64,000 nt of DNA, taken from assembly GCA_016182565.1 (NCBI GenBank), contig JACPGI010000004.1, positions 174,775-238,774 of the forward strand, in the 5' to 3' direction. The DNA is from a candidate division WWE3 bacterium (lineage in GTDB: Bacteria > Patescibacteriota > WWE3 > UBA101185 > UBA10185). The notes under the pieces were generated by a model that was not told the DNA's origin, did no database searches, and worked only from the letters and a program-made list of their open reading frames with translations. The position numbers and the translations under genes are program-made. Positions 57,603-64,000 of the stretch are shown here, piece after piece. Positions within the stretch are counted from its first letter, which is position 1; every line of letters starts with the position of its first letter.

Positions 57603-58976
57603 TTATTTACCTCTTAGAAATGCGGGAATATCGTATTTTCTATCTTCGTCTGATTCTTTTTCAGATTGATATATCACTTTTTGTGGTGTTTGAAAATTTT
57701 TCTGGCCTTGTTGACTTGAAAGATTACTTGAGTTACGTATAGATTCTTGATCAACCTGAGCTGGTTTAGATTGTGTTTTATTACTTTCTAAGTCGTAGTT
57801 GGGGGTTATCGTTGTATTTAAACTATCTGATACATCAGAAGGTAATATATAGTTACCGGGAATTCCCCCGCTTACGTTTACTGGAGTATTTAACATCTCC
57901 TCAGTGTAGTTATCTTTTCCAGAATTATATGTATCTCTTATAGTCTCTCTTGCTGTTCGTCTTGGAGAAAGTGAATCAGAAATTCTAACTTCTTTCATAC
58001 CTAACTGTGTTTTAATATCACCACCAGTTTCAAAACCGGTCGCAATAACGGTAATTTTTATCTGGTCTCTTAGGCTTGGATCAATTGTAGTACCAAAAAT
58101 TATGTTGGCATCTGTACTTGCGGCTTCATTTATAATCTTTGCGGCTTCATCCACTTCTCTCATGCTCATGTCAATTCCACCCACAATATTAAACAAGATG
58201 CCAGTAGCACCTTCTATATCAACTTCTAAAAGTGGTGAGGATATCGCAGCACGGGCAGCAGTTACAGCCCTATTTTCACCGGTACCAATACCAATCCCCA
58301 TCAAAGCAGATCCGGCATTTTTCATAACAGTTCGAACATCTGCAAAATCTACGTTAATAAGTCCTGGCATAACAATAAGGTCAGATATACCTTGTACACC
58401 CTGGTGCAAAACACTATCAGAAACTCTGAATGCATCAAGGACAGACATTGTCTCATCCGCAATTTCAAGTAGCTTTTGGTTTGGAATAGTAATTAAAGCA
58501 TCGACTTCTTTTTTCAGGGCAGTTGCCCCTCTTTCGGCATTTGCCATACGCTGAGCACCTTCAAAGTTAAATGGCTTTGTGACTACACCTATTGTTAATG
58601 CGCCTAAATCTCTTGCGATAGCGGCAATCGTAGGAGAAGCGCCAGTTCCCGTACCTCCACCCATGCCAGATGTAACAAAAACCATATCACTTCCTTCAAG
58701 ATTTGCTTTTATGATCTGCAAAGATTCTTCAGCAGCCGTTTTTCCCACCTCAGGGTCAGCACCTGCACCAAGACCTTTTGTAATATCTTGTCCAATCGGG
58801 ATTTTAATAGCAGCTTTATTTACAGAAAGTGCTTGAGCGTCGGTATTGATTGCAATGAATTCAACACCTTGAATTTGTTGAGATTCGATCATGGTATTAA
58901 TAACGTTGCAACCTGCACCACCAACGCCTACCACTCTTATTTTTGCAAATTTTTCTATTTCTGGTTTTACAAACAT
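57603..58976 (-). CDS. ftsZ: Cell division protein FtsZ
   Basis: GVGGAG.N, NTDAQAL, GMGGGTGTG, NVDFADV, C-terminal DIPAFLR. Confidence 0.99.
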   Translation of the reverse strand: MFVKPEIEKFAKIRVVGVGGAGCNVINTMIESQQIQGVEFIAINTDAQALSVNKAAIKIPIGQDITKGLGAGADPEVGKTAAEESLQIIKANLEGSDMVFVTSGMGGGTGTGASPTIAAIARDLGALTIGVVTKPFNFEGAQRMANAERGATALKKEVDALITIPNQKLLEIADETMSVLDAFRVSDSVLHQGVQGISDLIVMPGLINVDFADVRTVMKNAGSALMGIGIGTGENRAVTAARAAISSPLLEVDIEGATGILFNIVGGIDMSMREVDEAAKIINEAASTDANIIFGTTIDPSLRDQIKITVIATGFETGGDIKTQLGMKEVRISDSLSPRRTARETIRDTYNSGKDNYTEEMLNTPVNVSGGIPGNYILPSDVSDSLNTTITPNYDLESNKTQSKPAQVDQESIRNSSNLSSQQGQKNFQTPQKVIYQSEKESDEDRKYDIPAFLRGK

Positions 58977-59037
58977 GTTAAAAAAATACGCTACACAAAT
59001 AAACTTGCATAACGCTTCCTTGTCTGTCCGTTAAATT

Positions 59038-60288
59038 TTAGGGCAGGAATGATTTAATCTTGTCGAACAAACTAGACAGGATATTTCCTATCTTACCTTT
59101 TTGAGAATCAAATGACAACAAGTTTCCGCTCTTTATAAGTTTAGCTCCGTATACAAGCTGGCCAACTGTAGAGGCGAATGCTGGACTTTCTATTTCATCT
59201 ATAAGTCCTGTGACCCCCTTTGGATATCCAATTCGTACAGGAGTTCGTAAAATCTGTTTTGCAACCCTTTCAACTCCCGCAGTCATAGCCCCACCCCCGG
59301 TAACAACAACCCCTGCGGGAAGCTTACCCACTAAATCTGCTTTTTTTATTTCAAGGGCAATTAAGCTAAAAATTTCATTGAGTCTAGCATCAATTATTCC
59401 ATATAATAATTTTCTAGGAACTGTATCAAGGTCAAGGCCATATTCTGCAACATTAAAATCCTCACCTTGATCTTTATCAAAAGAACTAAACTTATTCTTT
59501 TCATCACTAAGTCTTATTTTTATATTCTCGGAAGCCTCCATATGAGCACGAAGTCCAATGGCTAAATCACTTGTTATATGCTTTCCACCAATTGGTAAAA
59601 CATCAGAATAAACTGGGCTTCCATCAAGAAATGCAATAAGTGAAGTTGTACCACCACCAATATCGACAAGAAGTGTACCAAGTTCTTTTTCAGTGTCTGT
59701 CAAGACAGCTTCAGCTGCTGCAACACCAACGTACACCATAGCTTCAACACCTACATTTACCTGCTCGACACATTTAGCCAAGTTTCTCATGGCAGTAGAA
59801 GATCCATGAATAATATTTGTTTCAACTTCAAGCCTTATACCAGACATACCAACAGGATCTTTGATGCCATCCTGTGAATCTACAATAAAATCTCTTGGAA
59901 TAACATGAATTATTTCACGTGAGTTGGGTAAAGACACAGCTTGAGCCGCTTCTGTGACACGAGCAACATCCTCAGAAGTAATTTCAGCTCCTTGATGGGA
60001 CACTGCTACAACTCCGTGGGAATTTAAAGTTTCGATATGGGAACCATTTATGGTAACAAAGGCTGAAGACACAGAAACTCCAGCCATTCTCTCGGCTCTT
60101 TCTAAGCTAAAAGAAATTGCTTGTACTGCCTCATCAATATCAACAACATTACCTTTTTTGATACCTTTTGAGGGTACAGCACCACTCACACCAATAACTG
60201 AAATTCTATTTTCAACTAAAGCGGCGATAATTGTGCTTATTTTTGATGATCCGACGTCTATTGCTGTAATTATTTTTTCTTTGGGCAT
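59038..60288 (-). CDS. ftsA: Cell division protein FtsA
   Basis: AIDVGSSKI, GIKKG, PVGMSG.RLE, DIGGGTT, GG.HIT.D, TGGGA. Confidence 0.98.
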   Translation of the reverse strand: MPKEKIITAIDVGSSKISTIIAALVENRISVIGVSGAVPSKGIKKGNVVDIDEAVQAISFSLERAERMAGVSVSSAFVTINGSHIETLNSHGVVAVSHQGAEITSEDVARVTEAAQAVSLPNSREIIHVIPRDFIVDSQDGIKDPVGMSGIRLEVETNIIHGSSTAMRNLAKCVEQVNVGVEAMVYVGVAAAEAVLTDTEKELGTLLVDIGGGTTSLIAFLDGSPVYSDVLPIGGKHITSDLAIGLRAHMEASENIKIRLSDEKNKFSSFDKDQGEDFNVAEYGLDLDTVPRKLLYGIIDARLNEIFSLIALEIKKADLVGKLPAGVVVTGGGAMTAGVERVAKQILRTPVRIGYPKGVTGLIDEIESPAFASTVGQLVYGAKLIKSGNLLSFDSQKGKIGNILSSLFDKIKSFLP

Positions 60289-60366
60289 TAGTTTTTTGTT
60301 TCTTTTTCTAAATTTAAAGCTACTTTTCCTTTAATATTAGCTTTTTTCCTATTTTCCATTGATCAA

Positions 60367-61188
60367 TTACCTATATGATACTATTACTTTATCAAACCGT
60401 AAATCAATCTTTTGAATGTTCTTTCCTCCCGTCTTTAATTGAGTTACAAGTTGTGAGACTACCTCCATACTTTTTTTGATATTTTTGTCATTACCAATCA
60501 ACACTTCAACTGAATCATCAATATACATGGAAAGGTAATCACTGTGTAGACTCATACTACTAGATTTCAATTTTTCAATATCAACTGCTTTTAAAACTTC
60601 AAAATAAACGGCTAGTGAATCCTTATCTAAAAAGTAGCCCACCGAAATATCACCTTGATACAAAATTCTCGGCAGATTAGTTTTTGTCTCATCCACAATA
60701 CCAAGTACATAACCATCGATATCTACAATAAAATAGTCCTGTGTTTTACCATTTGAAACTACAGCTATAGGTGTGCGTTCTATTATTTTAACTTTAATTT
60801 TATTTGGTAAATTCTTTGTAATATAAACTGAACTTGCTCCCTGAAAGTTTTTTGTCAAAGAATCCTGCAATTCCTTAATATTGAATGTAAAAAAATTTTT
60901 GTTATAGGAGCGGTTCTTAGCAAGTTCCAGTACATCTGTAGCGCTAACAAAAGTTTTAGCCCCTTCTACAGATATATCAGAAATGTAAAAATTCCCGAGT
61001 TTAAAAACAACAAAATAACCTGCTAGTAATATTATGAGTAAAACAAGGATAGGGGTAAGAACATGCATAATTTTTGCTAACAGATGATTTGATTTTTTAG
61101 GAACAATAGGCACAACAGGCTTACTTACACTGCGTCTATCAAAATAGGAGGCCTTAGTTTGTATTGGAAATTGATATGATTTCATCAA
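60367..61188 (-). CDS. ftsQ: Cell division protein FtsQ/DivIB
   Basis: TM plus POTRA-like region, K.LPN.I.V.I.ER, IDLRFD; between murG and ftsA. Confidence 0.85.
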   Translation of the reverse strand: MMKSYQFPIQTKASYFDRRSVSKPVVPIVPKKSNHLLAKIMHVLTPILVLLIILLAGYFVVFKLGNFYISDISVEGAKTFVSATDVLELAKNRSYNKNFFTFNIKELQDSLTKNFQGASSVYITKNLPNKIKVKIIERTPIAVVSNGKTQDYFIVDIDGYVLGIVDETKTNLPRILYQGDISVGYFLDKDSLAVYFEVLKAVDIEKLKSSSMSLHSDYLSMYIDDSVEVLIGNDKNIKKSMEVVSQLVTQLKTGGKNIQKIDLRFDKVIVSYR

Positions 61189-62356
61189 CTATAAGTTTTG
61201 CTGAATTTTTATTCACTAAGGTATCTATTTTATCGTTAGCGGAAAAATTTGAGATATTTAAAAGCATTAATTTCAAAGTACTTACAAAAGTTTTGGAATC
61301 TAAATCTTTTTCTTCAAGTATCTGAACAAGGCCACAACTTGCAGCAAATTTAGCGTTCTCAAATTGTTCATTATGTGAAACCCAGGAAATTGGGATTAAA
61401 AGCGCTATCTTTCTAAGAGCTAAAATTTCAGCTACTGTGTGGGCCCCGGCTCGTCCGACAACTAAGTTCGCTTTGGAATATGCCTCACCTATCTCATCTG
61501 CTAAAACAAATTTCCGAAGAAAATATATGCCCTTAAAAGACGCCTCATTTTTAAATGACTTTAATTTTTTATAGATTTGCTCAAGTTGTTCAAAATCATT
61601 TGTTTTAGAATAATCTCCAGTTTGATGAATTACATTACAAAACCCCAAAATTTCGCCTAAACACTCTCCGATGATTGTATTTATAGTGTGTGACCCTGAT
61701 TTACCGGTAGTAATATAAATTGTCGGTAGGTTATTAGTTGATACAAAATTATTGGATTTGGGGGTAAAAATTTCAGTTCGAAGAGGGATACCTGTTTCCA
61801 CAATTTTGTCTTTATCAAAATAGTTAGCTGACTGTGGCCACGAAATTAAAATCTTTTTAACAAATTTTGCTATGAATTTATTTGCATAACCTGAAACTAT
61901 TGTCTGTTCATGGGTAAGACTTGGAACACCTTGTAACCACCCGCATACAACAATCGGAACAGCAAGATAGCCACCGAAAGAAAGAATAACAGTTGGTTTT
62001 AGTTTTAATAAAAGAAAAAATGCCTGAATAAAGCCAAGTGGCACCTTAAGAAGTCTTTTCAAATTAAAGTTCCGATATACTTTTCCTGCATTCAGTTCAT
62101 AAAACGGAATTCCTAGTGATGTTATCTCTCTATACTCTAAAGTTGTATTTTTATCATTAAGAAGGCTGTGTTTATGGCCAATCCAAGTTATCCCAAGTGA
62201 TACTAAATTCTTCTTTTCGTACTTTTTTAGCTCTTCAATTACAGGCATTGCACTTGAGTGATGTCCTCCCGTAATAACAATCTTTAAGGTTTTGGGTGAC
62301 AATATATTTTGAGGATCTTTTAAGTCTTGTGGCATTGCGAATTTATTATCCCACAT
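61154..62356 (-). CDS. murG: Undecaprenyl-PP-MurNAc-pentapeptide GlcNAc transferase
   Basis: TGGH, SFGGY..VP, HEQ, TG.PLR, RAGA.T..E, LIP, HNEQ..NA. Confidence 0.94.
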   Translation of the reverse strand: MWDNKFAMPQDLKDPQNILSPKTLKIVITGGHHSSAMPVIEELKKYEKKNLVSLGITWIGHKHSLLNDKNTTLEYREITSLGIPFYELNAGKVYRNFNLKRLLKVPLGFIQAFFLLLKLKPTVILSFGGYLAVPIVVCGWLQGVPSLTHEQTIVSGYANKFIAKFVKKILISWPQSANYFDKDKIVETGIPLRTEIFTPKSNNFVSTNNLPTIYITTGKSGSHTINTIIGECLGEILGFCNVIHQTGDYSKTNDFEQLEQIYKKLKSFKNEASFKGIYFLRKFVLADEIGEAYSKANLVVGRAGAHTVAEILALRKIALLIPISWVSHNEQFENAKFAASCGLVQILEEKDLDSKTFVSTLKLMLLNISNFSANDKIDTLVNKNSAKLIVDEIISISNTN

Positions 62357-62400
62357 TAAAGCTAAGGTTAAAAACTGGATTTCAGATATAAGATAAATAG

Positions 62401-62442
62401 ATAAAAAATATTTAAGGCGCCGTTGAAATGTGGCGCCTTAAA
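62401..62442 (-). terminator. Terminator after the 62460 ORF, inside the dcw cluster
   Basis: TTTAAGGCGCC-10 nt-GGCGCCTTAAA, followed on the minus strand by TATTTTTTAT. Confidence 0.7.
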
Positions 62443-62459
62443 ATTAAAGTGACATTGAA

Positions 62460-63302
62460 TTACTCCCTCTTCTTTGTCCACATGTGCAGGAAGTACATAT
62501 CTAAGTGAAACCAAATAACAAGAAGGTAAATCAAAGTCCAAACGCATATCCCAATTGGATTTAACCCCTTCATGGGTGAAATCAACATTAAGAATAAGGC
62601 GAAGGGCCAAGACTGAACACTAAACAAGTCACGGTATTTAAGTTTATCGGGATCTATTTGTCCTCCCCGAGTGACATCATTGATTCGGCTTAATGCATAG
62701 CTCGCAGCGTAGATAAAAAATACCATTACCATAAGCTGAACCAAGCCGAAATTTTGGCCCCAAATTATGCTTTTTGAACCGAAACCCAGGAAAAGCAGAA
62801 CTGCCACAGTTATACCCCTAAAATTACGCAGGACCAGTCTTATTAATTGACCCAAACCTGTAATCAAATGGAGAAGTTCGGTGTCTGGTGCAGGTGGGTA
62901 TTTCCAATTGAAAGCCAATGTCGCCATAACCACCCCAAAGAATATCAAAAACACGTAAAGGTAGTTGAATGGGGAGCTTAGTGTTGCTACCCAAAGCATC
63001 CCAATACATATAAACATGATCGCGCCGGCTGTGTCTTCAAAGAAATGATAGTCCTTTGAAACTTGTCCTTTATTCCCACTTCCTGCCACGATAACCACCT
63101 CATGCACCCGCACAACGCGCGTAAGTAGGTAACAAATCAAGGTGATAATGGCAAAATTTTGCCATATTGGCGCATCAGCCGGCCAGAGAAGTTTGCGAAA
63201 AACCACCCCACCAAACACAACCAGCAGAAACAATATGGCATCAAAGATAAAGGCCAATGTCTTCACCCCAGCACCAGTCTTAATTAAATTCAAGCTGTTC
63301 AT
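62460..63302 (-). CDS. Multi-TM membrane ORFan between ftsW and murG
   Basis: About 8 hydrophobic segments, AGGAG SD, own TATAAT and terminator. Confidence 0.75.
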   Translation of the reverse strand: MNSLNLIKTGAGVKTLAFIFDAILFLLVVFGGVVFRKLLWPADAPIWQNFAIITLICYLLTRVVRVHEVVIVAGSGNKGQVSKDYHFFEDTAGAIMFICIGMLWVATLSSPFNYLYVFLIFFGVVMATLAFNWKYPPAPDTELLHLITGLGQLIRLVLRNFRGITVAVLLFLGFGSKSIIWGQNFGLVQLMVMVFFIYAASYALSRINDVTRGGQIDPDKLKYRDLFSVQSWPFALFLMLISPMKGLNPIGICVWTLIYLLVIWFHLDMYFLHMWTKKRE

Positions 63303-63420
63303 GGAAGTCTCCTAAATTTTCTTTTTTTCTTTGGATTTGAAAAATCTTGAAGTTGATTATATTTCTTCTTAATTCGCACTTTAGCACTTGGAGTAATATT
63401 TCTCAACTTATACCTAAGGA

Positions 63421-64000
63421 TTAATAATTCTTATTTTGAGATGAAATATTCACCAGAAGACCCAAAGCCATCAAGCTAAAAACCGTAGAGGAACCACCAT
63501 ATGAAACCAGGGGCAAAGGAACACCTGTCAGCGGAATGATTCTTGTCATTGCAGCAATATTTATAAAAAACTGACCTGCAAGCCAAGTAGTAATACCAGT
63601 TGCCAAAATCCTGCCAAACAAATCCTGAGATTTTTCAGCCACCGAATAACCCTTGTAAATAAGAAAACTAAATGTTAACACAAATAAAGTTGTACCAATA
63701 AATCCAAACTCCTCTCCAATAATTGCAAAAATAGAATCTGCTGCAACTTCCGGTAAATACTGAAACTTCTGCCTTGACTGCCCAAAACCTAGTCCAAACA
63801 GTCCCCCAGATCCCAAAGCAATTTGAATTTGTTTTATGTGGTAACCAAGAGATAAATCGCCCCCATCACCAGGACTTAAGAAAGTTAAAAGTCTTGCTCT
63901 TCTATAAGCTGAAGAAAACATAAAACCTAAACCAAGAATTGACATAATAGGAGTCAAAATTAAGATTGGTGCTATGGGAGCACCTGAAACAAAATACATC
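63421..64000 (-). CDS. ftsW: FtsW, C-terminal part (runs off the window edge)
   Basis: YRRARL..FL, GSGG.FG.G.GQS.QK..YLPE...D.IFAIIGEE.G, PLTGVPLP.VSYGGSS. Confidence 0.93.
   Translation of the reverse strand, partial: MYFVSGAPIAPILILTPIMSILGLGFMFSSAYRRARLLTFLSPGDGGDLSLGYHIKQIQIALGSGGLFGLGFGQSRQKFQYLPEVAADSIFAIIGEEFGFIGTTLFVLTFSFLIYKGYSVAEKSQDLFGRILATGITTWLAGQFFINIAAMTRIIPLTGVPLPLVSYGGSSTVFSLMALGLLVNISSQNKNY

Overview
AT-rich, gene-dense bacterial chromosome segment, most consistent with a Patescibacteria/CPR genome (possibly WWE3-like; inferred from gene content and style only). It holds housekeeping genes (partial helD-like, rsmI, murF, ddl, pyrD, tmk, rplS, clpC/E-type ATPase, Klenow-type polA, gatCAB, htpX, lemA, polX, lepB, rpmA, rplU, rodA, ileS, pduO, nrdJ, ftsZ, ftsA, ftsQ, murG, partial ftsW), seven CCA-encoding tRNAs, cell-surface glycan genes and several stand-alone ORFans. 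No CRISPR array, rRNA or recognisable transposase/integrase was seen. Most notable observations: (1) an uncalled leaderless 39-codon uORF with 11 Ile codons directly upstream of ileS, a candidate Ile-sensing leader peptide; (2) a leader-peptide/antiterminator/terminator attenuator ahead of a PIG-L deacetylase + GT4 glycosyltransferase + unknown-protein operon lying between tRNA-Gly and tRNA-Thr; (3) a naturally circularly permuted DsbA-family protein; (4) pervasive leaderless gene architecture, contrasting with SD-led ORFan cassettes that end in large-loop hairpins; (5) a P-loop kinase + divergent CCA/poly(A)-polymerase-like gene pair, and a HEPN-motif gene inside gatCAB. All functional calls come from motif recognition by eye; no searches were run.
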